The notes below the pieces were generated by a model, which saw nothing but the letters and a program-made list of their open reading frames with translations, did no database searches and was not told the origin of the DNA. A stretch of 48,244 nucleotides of DNA, taken from the UHGV virus genome UHGV-0308199, one strand, 5' to 3'. Positions 8,542 to 18,405 of the stretch are shown here, in pieces; the stretch's first letter is position 1; every line of letters begins with the position of its first letter. This DNA is from a virus. Both the position numbers and the translations under genes were made by a program.

Positions 8542-9492
8542 ATGTATAGCCCATATTTGTATGCGAGAAGTACAGAGTTATTATGCCTTAGGGACCTCGT
8601 TGCGAAGGGAGTTAGCCTAAATGGTCTGCTACCAATTTTAGAACCAATTAACGTCAATACGAGAAATTTATTAACATGTTTAAATGTTTGGAATTCTGAC
8701 ATAATTGTTATCCTTAATCCTTATCAGGAAGATTTTTCTTCACACAATAACGTCTTAACTTTAAATCAAAATTTATCAAGTGTATTAACAAATAAAAATA
8801 ATATCATCTCTGGATATCTTATTCAGCCCAATACAACGATTAATGATATTAATAATTGGTTGAATGCTAACTTAAATAGACGAGTTGCACTTCTATATGA
8901 TAATCCATCATTATCCAACTCTGATATTCAGTTGTTGGCGACAAATCAATTGATTAGTTATCATGTTGTTTTAAATAATAAAATGCTTCCTAATCAGTGC
9001 GCTCTTCTTCCTTTGTCGAAGTTAATTATTATTAGCGATAACTTTAGAAAGTTAGCAAAAAATGCTGATTATAATGGGCCGGAACTTTTCACGCACGCAC
9101 ATCAATTCGTGGGACAAAATTACTTAGGATTTGGCGATTATACAATTACTGGCCAGGTACTAGATCTTGGAGGTGGTCAACCTTCTGCTGTTGCCGCACA
9201 TTTGGTGTTCAAGAATTTACAAGCGAATACAGTTTGGATTCGTCATTTTGTATCAAGCAACACGCAACGAGGAAGTTCAAATGTTACTGCAAAATTTTTA
9301 GATGTTTCAGATCAAATTACAAATCTTGTTCCCCAACATCCAACCCAGTTTGGCAGCAACATTGGTCTTAACTATTATTATTACAATAGTCAACCAACTG
9401 TAAGGCATTTCCCTGGGTTGCCAAAAAACAAACAGTATCAAATTACTCACCATATTTGTTTCATGCTGGATTTAATAGCAGGTCGTATTTAA
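8542..9492 (+). CDS. cargo protein B, unknown function (candidate defense component)
   Basis: 316 aa, N/L/Q-rich, ~28% GC; AGGAG RBS; 21-nt gap from gene A; 3' end overlaps convergent int by 21 nt; no Walker A/B seen. Confidence 0.7.
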   Translation: MYSPYLYARSTELLCLRDLVAKGVSLNGLLPILEPINVNTRNLLTCLNVWNSDIIVILNPYQEDFSSHNNVLTLNQNLSSVLTNKNNIISGYLIQPNTTINDINNWLNANLNRRVALLYDNPSLSNSDIQLLATNQLISYHVVLNNKMLPNQCALLPLSKLIIISDNFRKLAKNADYNGPELFTHAHQFVGQNYLGFGDYTITGQVLDLGGGQPSAVAAHLVFKNLQANTVWIRHFVSSNTQRGSSNVTAKFLDVSDQITNLVPQHPTQFGSNIGLNYYYYNSQPTVRHFPGLPKNKQYQITHHICFMLDLIAGRI

Positions 9493-10647
9493 TAAGCTAG
9501 CGTACCATTCCATCATTACTTGTCGATCTTTAATATATTGCGCATGATTGTAAGTACCTCGAATAGAGTTCTTATCAACATGCGCAAGCTGCATTTCAAT
9601 CCAGGCACTTTCAAACCCATGCTCATGCAAGATGGTGCTCATGGTATGCCTGAAACCGTGACCCGTTAACCGACCGTGATAACCCAGTAGTTTTATCACT
9701 TTGTTGATGCTGGCTTCGCTCATTGGTTTACTGACGTCATTCCGGCCAGGGAAAACGAGGCTGTAATTCCCTGTTATTTCTTGCAGCTTTTTCAGGATAT
9801 TGATCGCCTGAGTTGATAACGGAACCAGATGGGGGCGGCGTTTCTTCATCCGTTCTTTGGGGATCTCCCATAAGGCATTATCTAAATCAAACTCAGCCCA
9901 TTCCGCTGCACGTAGTTCAATTGTTCGCACGCCTGTTAGCATCAACAGCTGCGTGGCGTATTTGGTAACTAAACTGCCCTGATAGTTATCCAGAGCATTA
10001 ACGAACTCGGGCAACTCGCTTTCAGTCAGGAACGGGAAGTGTTGGGTTTTAGGTTTGTTGAGTGCGATAGCTAAATCGGGTGCAAAATTATACTTTGCTC
10101 TACCAGTGGCAACAGCATAACGAAGCACTTCACCACAGCGGCGGCGGATCTTACTGGTTTGCTCTAGCGCACCTCTTTTCTCTATTTTTTGCAGGACGGT
10201 TAGCAGTTCTAATGGTTCAATCTGCTCAATTGGGCGCTGGCCGATAAAAGGAAAAATATCCTTTTCCATACAATTGAGAACCTCTTTTGCATAACCCTCT
10301 GACCAGGTGGCTTTTTTCGATGAGTGCCATTCTCTGGCCACAGACTCAAAGCTGTTCTCATGCGCGAACTGCAAAGCAATCTTATCTGCTTTTCTGGCTT
10401 CACTTGGGTTTATCCCGTTGGCTAACATCGAACGCGCTTCATCACGTTTGGTACGTGCCTGTGCCAACGACACATCGCCATATACGCCAAAGGAAATCAT
10501 CTTAGGCTTACCTGCAAAGCGATAGCGAAAACGCCAGCCTTTACTGCCCGCTGTGTCGATCAGGAGTGATAGCCCCATACCATCGTTAAGCGTATAGGGT
10601 TTGTCCTTCGGTTTTGCTCTTTTTATTTGGATGTCAGATAGCAGCAT
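9472..10647 (-). CDS. int: tyrosine integrase, P4/CP4-57 family
   Basis: N-terminus LSDIQIKRAKPKDKPYTLNDGMGLSLLI...WRFRYRF (arm-binding type); C-terminus HGFRHT...LAH...GTYNHAQY catalytic motifs; start taken at internal Met (10647). Confidence 0.9.
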   Translation of the reverse strand: MLLSDIQIKRAKPKDKPYTLNDGMGLSLLIDTAGSKGWRFRYRFAGKPKMISFGVYGDVSLAQARTKRDEARSMLANGINPSEARKADKIALQFAHENSFESVAREWHSSKKATWSEGYAKEVLNCMEKDIFPFIGQRPIEQIEPLELLTVLQKIEKRGALEQTSKIRRRCGEVLRYAVATGRAKYNFAPDLAIALNKPKTQHFPFLTESELPEFVNALDNYQGSLVTKYATQLLMLTGVRTIELRAAEWAEFDLDNALWEIPKERMKKRRPHLVPLSTQAINILKKLQEITGNYSLVFPGRNDVSKPMSEASINKVIKLLGYHGRLTGHGFRHTMSTILHEHGFESAWIEMQLAHVDKNSIRGTYNHAQYIKDRQVMMEWYASLLNTTCY

Positions 10648-10895
10648 GTGTATAGAAAAAAGATCGAACTCAGTTATACACAATGTTATACGCAAAGATG
10701 TATAGATTCCATTAGAAATAATGGTACTTTGCTGGACGAGTATAAGGAGATGATATCAGTTAAAACAGTGAGTTATGGAATTAATTGAACTTAGTGAGAA
10801 GTGTTCATGGTGTCCCCTGCAGACATCTACTTGAAGCGGCAGGGGATTGATTGGAATGGTGTTTTTTAGATGTGAGAAATATTTTACCCGCTATT

Positions 10896-11096
10896 TTACC
10901 CATTGGCGCGGCTTAAGAGCTTATTTTTAAATTCACAATGGTCACGATATAACCATCTTGCTCGTCCGTGGATAACTTTGGCTTTAGGAAGGTCGCCGGA
11001 CTTAATCCGGTCATAGATGAAGGTTTTACCAAAGCCAGTATCGGCCATGATGAATTTCAAATCAACCAGTGAATCAGGCTGTAGTTCGTGTTGCAT
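10896..11096 (-). CDS. AlpA-family excisionase/regulator (Xis/Vis-like), upstream of int
   Basis: 66 aa; FIMADTGFGKTFIYDRIKSGDLPKAKVIHGRARWLY HTH; GGAGA RBS. Confidence 0.75.
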   Translation of the reverse strand: MQHELQPDSLVDLKFIMADTGFGKTFIYDRIKSGDLPKAKVIHGRARWLYRDHCEFKNKLLSRANG

Positions 11097-11141
11097 GAGT
11101 GCTATCTCCGAATAGGGAATCGAACCTGCAAATCAGGCAAT

Positions 11142-11160
11142 AAAAAACCGCCATCAGGCG
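11142..11160 (-). terminator. intrinsic terminator on minus strand (CGCC-tgat-GGCG + T6)
   Basis: Hairpin followed by TTTTTT on the minus strand, upstream of the AlpA-like gene. Confidence 0.5.
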
Positions 11161-11392
11161 TCTTGGTGTTCTTTCAGTTCTTCAATTCGAATATTGGTTA
11201 CGTCTGCATGCGCTATCTGCGCCCATATCATCCAGTGGTTATAGCAGTCGTTGATGTCCTCTGCTTCGATAACCCTGTCGAATGGCTCTCCATTCCATTC
11301 ACCAGTGACTCGGAAGTGCATTTATCATCTCCATAAAACAAAACCCGCCGTAGCGAGTTCAGATAAAAGAAATCCCCGCGAGTGCGAGGATG

Positions 11393-11677
11393 TTATTCAT
11401 TGCCGATATTCACCTTTATCGCGAACACCTTTACCGGTTTATCACCGAAGTGTGGATGTATGATTGTCTTGATTTCATACCCGTCATACGGGACGTCAAT
11501 TCTACGGCTGGAATCGTCGCGCTTCGGATATCCCTTTGTGATAATCAGACGGTCATATTCCCGGAACATAATTCGCTTATTCCAGTAGTCATTGCACAGG
11601 CGATACTCTTCCGTTTTCTCCCCGCGAATCATGGCATCGAAGTATTCACCTTTGACGGCAAGTTGCAGGTTAGCCAC
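11393..11677 (-). CDS. hypothetical early-left protein
   Basis: 94 aa ORF in leftward operon. Confidence 0.45.
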   Translation of the reverse strand: MANLQLAVKGEYFDAMIRGEKTEEYRLCNDYWNKRIMFREYDRLIITKGYPKRDDSSRRIDVPYDGYEIKTIIHPHFGDKPVKVFAIKVNIGNE

Positions 11678-11946
11678 GACCTTCCTCCTTTGGCTTGTGA
11701 ATTTGTATCGTCATGCCGCTTTGAGTGGTGACTACAATGACAGAACCAGGCTGTTAAGATTGAATGCTTCGTAAAACGAATCCAATGCCAGTGCTTTTTT
11801 ATTCTTTCTGTTCCACCAACGCCATCCCTTGCTACAGGCTACACTGACAATCCACTGCCCACTCCTGTAAGCCATATAAAACCAGATGAGCAAAACCTGA
11901 AGGAATGCTATCCAGTCAATAATCGTATATTTCGCGAAGGAGTCCA

Positions 11947-12489
11947 TCACTTCACCTCCTGCTGCGGTGCTGCTGGCATTTCACGCCAGTGCGTAACTGA
12001 GTGCGGATCCGGGTATTCGGTGCCATCATCCCAGCGATTGCCATTCCACATTGCAGACCACATCTCACCGTCTTCATACATGACCATTACCGGAATTAAC
12101 TTATCCGGCATTCGCTCACTACAGCTTATCCAACCATCCGGAGTTACCGGAGTTGGTCCATCGAATTCGGGCATGTCAGGACCTTTTCTGATAGCTTTAG
12201 CCAGCTCCAGCGGGTCATCGTAAAGCCAGTCGCCAGTTTGTGGGTGATTTGCTTCTGCAAGCTGCGCAGCCCATTCAAGACCATCTTTTTGACCTTGGAG
12301 ATAATCAAGCGGCAACTCTTCATGATTACTTGCAGGTTCGGCACTATCAGCTTCGCGCCGCTTCTGTAGCTCTGCTGCCATTGCTCTCACGACTTCAACT
12401 GGTGCCCTTGCAGCAAACTCTATGTTGGTGATCAGCTCATTAAGATATTGCTCGCCTGGATACTGTTTCTTATCGGTTATAGTGGTCAT
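11947..12489 (-). CDS. hypothetical phage protein (DUF551-like C-terminus)
   Basis: 180 aa; C-terminal W/D-rich segment resembles DUF551 of lambdoid phages (tentative). Confidence 0.5.
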   Translation of the reverse strand: MTTITDKKQYPGEQYLNELITNIEFAARAPVEVVRAMAAELQKRREADSAEPASNHEELPLDYLQGQKDGLEWAAQLAEANHPQTGDWLYDDPLELAKAIRKGPDMPEFDGPTPVTPDGWISCSERMPDKLIPVMVMYEDGEMWSAMWNGNRWDDGTEYPDPHSVTHWREMPAAPQQEVK

Positions 12490-12499
12490 GTGTTACTCC

Positions 12500-12805
12500 T
12501 TAACCCGCAGTGCTTTCAACTGATGAGGGGAACAAAATCTTTTCATCAAACCCTGCATTCATATCATGAACAGCAACACACCAATCCATCGACGAACGAT
12601 TATCAAGAGCCTCCATGATTTCATCCATGCGGCGCAGGTCATACAGGTAAATGCTTTTATCGCCAATGGTGTAAAAACCAATTTTTTTCGGTGATGGACA
12701 GCGATCAAGAACGTCCTGTAATTCGCTCAACCATGCTTGTTCTTTTTTTGTCAAAGTTGCCATATCACTCTCCTTTGATGCGAATGCCAGCGGCACGGGA
12801 ATCAT
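12500..12805 (-). CDS. hypothetical protein
   Basis: 101 aa ORF. Confidence 0.45.
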   Translation of the reverse strand: MIPVPLAFASKESDMATLTKKEQAWLSELQDVLDRCPSPKKIGFYTIGDKSIYLYDLRRMDEIMEALDNRSSMDWCVAVHDMNAGFDEKILFPSSVESTAG

Positions 12806-13472
12806 TCCATCGCTTTACTTCTTCACGAATTACGTCAATGCATTCTTTCGAATCCATTAGGTAATCTTCATCAAAAAGCCTTTCCTGTTCGTTTTCTATC
12901 GCAACAATGATTGCTTCAACTAACTTTTGTGCCTGAGAACCACTTTCTAACTCTGCAATGCGCTTCTCTGCGGCTTCCAGCTTCTCGCGCATATCGTCAA
13001 CGTACTCGACCAGAGATCCGCCAGCAGGAATTTCGCACTCCTCGACCAGTTGGAAGTAGATATCAGCTGCGGCCCGTGTGTTGCTATGCCTAGCGTCGCC
13101 CATCTCACCTTCACGAAGAGTATCGCGTTCGGCGGTAAGATTGGCTATTTTGCTGTCTTTGCCTTCCAGCTCAACGCGAAGCCACCCTACCGTTAGCGCA
13201 ATTTCCTCGTTCTCCTGGTCACGGCGTTTGATGTATTGCTGGTTTCTTTCCAGTTCATCCAGCAGCGCCAGCACGGTTTCTGGTCCGGTCAGAAATTTGA
13301 AGGCGTTGAGCGCATCAATATCCACACCGTAATCTTTAAGCTCCTGTTCACTTAACAAATCATCATCAACTGGCAACATTAACAGGCGTTCCATTGCTGG
13401 AATTGCACGTTCCGCCACCTCACGCAATGCCTGGTAATTAATTTCACTCACTGCTTGCCTCCTTTGCGCCAC
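12765..13472 (-). CDS. coiled-coil early protein (Ea22-like?)
   Basis: 235 aa, acidic, coiled-coil-like; overlaps downstream ORF. Confidence 0.45.
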   Translation of the reverse strand: MAQRRQAVSEINYQALREVAERAIPAMERLLMLPVDDDLLSEQELKDYGVDIDALNAFKFLTGPETVLALLDELERNQQYIKRRDQENEEIALTVGWLRVELEGKDSKIANLTAERDTLREGEMGDARHSNTRAAADIYFQLVEECEIPAGGSLVEYVDDMREKLEAAEKRIAELESGSQAQKLVEAIIVAIENEQERLFDEDYLMDSKECIDVIREEVKRWNDSRAAGIRIKGE

Positions 13473-13611
13473 ATCGCATTCAGATATTTGTTTTGATTCA
13501 CTGAAGGAAAAGAATTTCTCTTAAGCAATTCCTCTCTCGATGGCATTGGCTTTACGCGTTGGCGAATAATCATTTCTGCCGGAAGAATGCCGGGATTGTA
13601 TGCAAGTCCTC

Positions 13612-13893
13612 TCATGATTTACTCTCCACGAACTGGTCAATAGCCATGCTAAGTGACACACCTAAAGTATCGATATGCTGCTGAATATCCTGTAGCGTCT
13701 GAGCCTGAGATAACAGGATTTCACGGTTGCATAATTCTTTAACCAGATGCTCAAACTTGCTGTAATAACCGATACGGCTTAGTGTTTCTTTCCCTGCATT
13801 ATCACCTTCTTTGATAATTCCTCTTTCACTAAGAATCAGGTCGTGTTTTGTTCCGGTAATAACATATTTGCCTAGGTCTATGTTTAGCTTCAT
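13612..13893 (-). CDS. hypothetical protein
   Basis: 93 aa ORF. Confidence 0.45.
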   Translation of the reverse strand: MKLNIDLGKYVITGTKHDLILSERGIIKEGDNAGKETLSRIGYYSKFEHLVKELCNREILLSQAQTLQDIQQHIDTLGVSLSMAIDQFVESKS

Positions 13894-13909
13894 TGTTAAT
13901 TACTCCATG

Positions 13910-14224
13910 TTAATTTATTCGTATGCCTGCTCTTTCTTCATCGAGTTTTTTTAGCTTGTATCTCATAGCTCTTACTGAATAAATTGAGCGGCAGGTTGCA
14001 ATTGCTATTTCTTCTGCGGAGAACTTACCGAAAAGTGATACTTCGGCTCTTGTCCATCGTCTTCCACGAAGTCGGCTAACAATGTCAGCGCCAATCCTTG
14101 TTGCTTTCGCCATTACTGCTTTTTCAGTCCTTTCCAGTTTTTCTGCGATAACTTCAACTGGCATTGTCGCCGCTACCTCGCGCAAGAAATCGACTTCCCA
14201 TTTCTCCCATGGAGTCTTTTTCAT
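13910..14224 (-). CDS. hypothetical protein
   Basis: 104 aa ORF. Confidence 0.45.
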   Translation of the reverse strand: MKKTPWEKWEVDFLREVAATMPVEVIAEKLERTEKAVMAKATRIGADIVSRLRGRRWTRAEVSLFGKFSAEEIAIATCRSIYSVRAMRYKLKKLDEERAGIRIN

Positions 14225-14235
14225 AGGCGATACCG

Positions 14236-14724
14236 TTATTTGATAAGAAGTGAAGGTTTCCCAACTTTGAGTTGAGCGCCGGGGATATTTATTCCTGCTT
14301 TTAGTTGGTGTTTGATTGCCAGTTTGTCGGCTTTAATTGTCGTTTCAAACTCAACGTATTCAGGAGGAAGGGCGCTTGAGTCGATTATTTCTACAATTTC
14401 TGACGGTTTGCGGATTGTTACCTGGTGAATACCTGCTCGAATATTTTTCTTGCCAACCATTTCAAGCGATGACGCTATATATGATTTGATGCTGTCAATC
14501 TTATTTTGGATTACTGCGGCTCGCTCATTAAGTGACTTTGCCTCTTCCTTGAGGCGTTCAGCATAACCAGATTCATTTTTAATGACGGAAAGAAGTTGCT
14601 CTATTTTATCGGTAAATTCTCCTTCCATGCCTTCTATTGTGTCAGCAATCATCTCTGGTTCTAAATCTGAATCCATCAATTTTGCGTATTCATTGGCTAT
14701 TTCATACAGTTTGCTCACTGGCAA
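14236..14724 (-). CDS. recombination-module accessory protein (Gp157-like?)
   Basis: 162 aa, immediately downstream of recT in the same operon. Confidence 0.45.
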   Translation of the reverse strand: MPVSKLYEIANEYAKLMDSDLEPEMIADTIEGMEGEFTDKIEQLLSVIKNESGYAERLKEEAKSLNERAAVIQNKIDSIKSYIASSLEMVGKKNIRAGIHQVTIRKPSEIVEIIDSSALPPEYVEFETTIKADKLAIKHQLKAGINIPGAQLKVGKPSLLIK

Positions 14725-15604
14725 CCTCCAGTTTCGCTTTGCATTCTATGTAAATGGCTTGTATGTTCTGCTGCAATTTCATTCCAGATGTCAGGCGATA
14801 TGCTTCTGCAAAATATCTCTTCAAATCATCCATGTTTTCAGCCTGAGCCATTTCATCACAAAGAAGTTGTGCTTTTTCCATTATTTCCTGCTGGCGTTTC
14901 CGTTCATCTTCGCGGATATCTTCCTCTGATTTGTGCGGCATAACCGGTTCCTGATGCATACCCTCATCTTCGTTAAGCAGGTGAATGGCATTATCCAGTC
15001 GCTGGGCTTTAGGCCAGTATTTGCTGGCGCGTTTAACTATTGTTTTACGCGCCATCTCTTCCCAGAATGTCTTCCACGGTCCATTCTTTGCCTTGCTCGT
15101 TGCTTCCACAGCTTTAATTTCTGCCAGACTCATTTCTTCAGTCAGGTAGTCACCATCTGCTGTTTTAACCGTGCAATAACCACCAACAATAGAGCCTCGC
15201 TCACCAAATGCGTTGTATTTGTGGGTTGGCGCTGAATCAAGGCCATTTGATTCATAGGTGTCGTTTGAGTACACCAGTTTGCATTGCCCCCACTTAATTG
15301 ATCCTGTCGATTGCGCAAGATGAAGTAATCCCATGTAACTGATATCAAGGCACACCATGCCGTCGCGAGGAACCAGATAAGCCAGTTTGCTGGCCGGGTT
15401 TAAGGTGATGCCGATCGCCGCAACATTGATGATGGCGTTCTGTGCGCTGGTTGGATTTGCCAGTGCTGTTTTAGCCAGGTAATCGTTTTTCTGGAAATAC
15501 TGAATTGCAAACTGGCTTTCCTTAGCCCATGTCACCGTCTGTTCAGTCAATGCTCCGCAGAATAACTGCTCTTGCTGTTTAACGAATTCAACGATATTGC
15601 TCAT
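14702..15604 (-). CDS. recT: RecT-family single-strand annealing recombinase
   Basis: 300 aa; RecT-like core (TIVKRASKYWP...), acidic C-terminus. Confidence 0.75.
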   Translation of the reverse strand: MSNIVEFVKQQEQLFCGALTEQTVTWAKESQFAIQYFQKNDYLAKTALANPTSAQNAIINVAAIGITLNPASKLAYLVPRDGMVCLDISYMGLLHLAQSTGSIKWGQCKLVYSNDTYESNGLDSAPTHKYNAFGERGSIVGGYCTVKTADGDYLTEEMSLAEIKAVEATSKAKNGPWKTFWEEMARKTIVKRASKYWPKAQRLDNAIHLLNEDEGMHQEPVMPHKSEEDIREDERKRQQEIMEKAQLLCDEMAQAENMDDLKRYFAEAYRLTSGMKLQQNIQAIYIECKAKLEVASEQTV

Positions 15605-15912
15605 GCAGCTTCTCCATAAATATGTCTGCGTTTGAATATTGCGAAGGCATATTCAGCCTTAACTCTTTCGGTTATTGCATCCCAGAACCATTCAGCGGCT
15701 TTTTCCTGATAGTTACAGTCATCATCTTCCAGCCAGTCGATAGCGTCCTTAGTGTGTTCATCTGGTTTATATGAGCGAAGCATTTCGCTTATTGGGTCGC
15801 AACGTTTGCAGAGGCGATCAACTTCACTGTTGATTCGCTCGTAATCTTCATCAGTAAAACTTGCGATTATTTGCGATATTTCACGCTTATCATTCAGAGT
15901 CAGAATCATCAT
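15601..15912 (-). CDS. hypothetical protein
   Basis: 103 aa ORF, start overlaps recT. Confidence 0.45.
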   Translation of the reverse strand: MMILTLNDKREISQIIASFTDEDYERINSEVDRLCKRCDPISEMLRSYKPDEHTKDAIDWLEDDDCNYQEKAAEWFWDAITERVKAEYAFAIFKRRHIYGEAA

Positions 15913-16683
15913 CTTTCTCCTGTTCTTTGTGCTGATTGAGCATTTTGTTCATCTGACGAATGAATTCTTCGTCTGACCAGTTATCTGTAAAACTCATGGA
16001 CGGCCTTGTTGTTTCAAAATATCCCAAAGCTTTTCGAGCAAACTTTTCATTCTTGGTTGTTTAAAGTCTGCTCCGGTTAAAATATTTTTTCGTGAATGCT
16101 GTACCGATAAAATCGGGTTGAAAGGGCGAACCGATGCCGCCCCTGCAATAGCGAACTGTTGCATAGGATGCTCCTTCTGTTTGATTGCATAACGAAAACG
16201 CCTCGAGTGAAGCGTTATTGGTATGCGGTAAAGCCGCCAACAGGCGGCTATTTGCTATTGATTCTTTTCAAGAACATCAATGATGTCGTCCGGGTTGTCT
16301 CCGTTGTCTTCACAAAATGCTTCGAATTCAGCCCATTTCGCGCTGATAAAATCAATTACTCTCATTAATTCTTATTCCATATTTTTCTCCAGACCAAAAG
16401 AATGCCGCCCATATAGAGCGGCAAGACTATCAAGGAATGATTTCCAATAATCAGAACAAGTCGGCTCCTGTTTAGTTACGAGCGACATTGCTCACATAGC
16501 AGACTCGCAAATCTGCTATAGGTGCTTATTCGCATCGCATGACAACATCAAATTTTTCGAGATTACTTTGTCGCAACAATCCCTCTTCTACGCGGTCAGC
16601 TTTTCTATAATTATCAAATTCGAAATGTTTAATTACTTCTTTCGTTTCTCGCTCTATAACTTCAACGATGTATTTCTTATTCA

Positions 16684-17004
16684 TCATTCTTCCCCAAGAG
16701 CTTTTCTGATTGCTGCAAGACCATTATTAACAGCTCCATACCATTCTGGATATGTTGTCGTTGTTCTATTTTTGGTTTGCTTAAGTAATAACTGAAGTGC
16801 TTCGAGAAGGTCAGGTGCTGCCGCTATTAGATTGGCATCTTCAATGCATTGAACTTCCTCACAGATTGCAATATACGAACGCCAGCCTGCGCCATTTTCA
16901 AGTGAGTCTGCCTGGATGATTTTAATCTCATCGCCATCCATCATTATTTCCCACTTACCTTCAGTACCTTTAAATTCCATGTTAGCCTCTGTTGTTTGTG
17001 CCAA
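16684..17004 (-). CDS. hypothetical protein
   Basis: 106 aa ORF. Confidence 0.45.
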   Translation of the reverse strand: MAQTTEANMEFKGTEGKWEIMMDGDEIKIIQADSLENGAGWRSYIAICEEVQCIEDANLIAAAPDLLEALQLLLKQTKNRTTTTYPEWYGAVNNGLAAIRKALGEE

Positions 17005-17017
17005 AAATAAAGGCCGA

Positions 17018-17341
17018 CTATGCGGCCTTATCTACATTTCTGAACCAAACGCAGATCGGACCGTCTTCTGTATCGTGAATCGAACCGACAAACCATCCTT
17101 CTCCATCTGGCATGCTTGGCTCCCATCCACTGATGTTTGGATTCCCATCTTCAAAATACGCGTCAATTACCGTTTGATTGTTGTCGTTTTCCATTTCAAC
17201 AATTGATGATTCAATGCCATGCTGCTTGCAGAAAGATCTGAACTCATCAACTGAAATTACCTCTCTATCCCCAAACAGGTTGGCGTATTCTGGGTGCGTC
17301 CAGTAGCCATCCTCGCTTCGCTCTACTACTAATGCTTCCAT
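17018..17341 (-). CDS. hypothetical protein
   Basis: 107 aa ORF. Confidence 0.45.
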   Translation of the reverse strand: MEALVVERSEDGYWTHPEYANLFGDREVISVDEFRSFCKQHGIESSIVEMENDNNQTVIDAYFEDGNPNISGWEPSMPDGEGWFVGSIHDTEDGPICVWFRNVDKAA

Positions 17342-17474
17342 ATCTCACCTCAAATAAGTGGTTTGCTGCCTAATTTCATTTTCTGGCGACCAACACAAGT
17401 CACACCCATTTCACTGCGTGGCTTGCTGTAGTAAATAGGGTTATTTATGTCATTAAAAACCAGCATGAGCGTGG

Positions 17475-17741
17475 TTATTTTTTCTTCCCAAGAGATGGGA
17501 GCCCTCCAGAATAATCTGGACCACTTGAACGATGCATTTGATACAATATTGCGTTTTTGTTGGCGTTTAGTGGCTTTGTTGCGAAAGAAATTTTTTCTCG
17601 TTTTACATCTCTTATCATCATCAACTCACGTTCTGATGCTTTTGGATGATAATCATTGATATGCTTCCATGCTGCCTTGGCGCTGAATTTTCTTCCACAT
17701 AAAGGGCAATAGCATTTATATGATACTTGTTTGCTAGTCAT
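17475..17741 (-). CDS. small zinc-finger protein
   Basis: 88 aa; CYCPLCGRKFSAKAAWKHINDYH C2H2-like. Confidence 0.5.
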   Translation of the reverse strand: MTSKQVSYKCYCPLCGRKFSAKAAWKHINDYHPKASERELMMIRDVKREKISFATKPLNANKNAILYQMHRSSGPDYSGGLPSLGKKK

Positions 17742-17743
17742 TT

Positions 17744-18052
17744 CTATCTCGCCGTAATTGATTTCATTGACCTGTAACCAGCAGCATACAGTGCAACTTC
17801 AGGCAAACAAACGCTTCCGCCATTCGCATCTGTATTTGATTTACTGATGATGCCGAGTGATATTGCTTTTTCAGAAAGACTTAAACGCTTTCTCGGTTCT
17901 TCCTGAACAGCTTCCTCACTGTCTGTGCCGAAGATAGAATCGATGATGTTGCAGATGGAATCACGCTCGATAGCCAGCTTTCTGCGCCGCTCATGACGGC
18001 GAGTTTTGGCATTTCCTGCAAATGTTGATTTTCCGTACACGATTACCGTCAT
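17744..18052 (-). CDS. N: antitermination protein N, P22 gene 24 type
   Basis: Arg-rich motif GNAKTRRHERRRKLAIER near N-terminus; start at internal Met 18052; cognate boxB upstream. Confidence 0.75.
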   Translation of the reverse strand: MTVIVYGKSTFAGNAKTRRHERRRKLAIERDSICNIIDSIFGTDSEEAVQEEPRKRLSLSEKAISLGIISKSNTDANGGSVCLPEVALYAAGYRSMKSITAR

Positions 18053-18171
18053 GATGTTTTCCTCATGTGAAATGGCTTTGGTGGTGATGCGCCAGGTGCT
18101 GATCTTCTGGTTGCTGTCGTTGCAGCTGCAATTCACATCACCGCCAAACCCATCTCGTTTGGTATCTGTTT

Positions 18172-18205
18172 GCGCTTTGTCAGCGCCCCATCGAAGTTAA
18201 AGAGC
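18172..18205 (-). promoter_or_regulatory. nutL: boxA (GCTCTTTAA) + boxB (GCGCTGACAAAGCGC), P22 type
   Basis: Read on minus strand upstream of N; boxB is a 5-bp stem hairpin. Confidence 0.7.
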
Positions 18206-18253
18206 CTGCCAATCTGTTCCGTTTGGCTTCCAGCTTCCTGCTGATGGCTAAAT

Positions 18254-18268
18254 AGTACGATGTGTACT
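18254..18268. promoter_or_regulatory. putative OL operator (AGTACGATGTGTACT)
   Basis: 15-bp near-palindrome AGTAC-N5-GTACT, repeated at OR. Confidence 0.4.
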
Positions 18269-18342
18269 TTATTGAGTCAATACAAAATGTTCTAAATGCA
18301 GTTAGTTTTTTATAACACTTTGTATTTTATTGATTTATATTT

Positions 18343-18375
18343 TGGAAAAAGAAAACCCGACGATAAGGTCGGGTT
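18343..18375 (-). terminator. intrinsic terminator downstream of cI
   Basis: AACCCGAC-gataag-GTCGGGTT hairpin followed by T-rich tract on minus strand. Confidence 0.6.
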
Positions 18376-18405
18376 ATTGTTGTGTGTTTTAGAGTGGTGA
18401 GGCTG

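Larger units (their letters stand above)
1..10700. mobile_element. P4-like phage satellite / integrative element; left end unresolved, right boundary approximate (may extend to ~11100)
   Basis: Gene order alpA - capsid-like - primase-helicase - iterons - ogr/delta - AT-rich cargo - integrase; att sites not identified. Confidence 0.6.

Noticed and set aside
10814-10845. Inverted repeat CCCCTGC...GCAGGGG as terminator or tRNA
   Set aside because: The 18-nt loop and distant T tract make a poor intrinsic terminator, and no cloverleaf can be drawn.
11105-11135. tRNA gene or 3' fragment containing GGTTCGATTCC on the minus strand
   Set aside because: Flanking bases do not form a T-stem or acceptor stem; the sequence serves as leader/RBS for the AlpA-like gene. 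Retained only as a possible att remnant.
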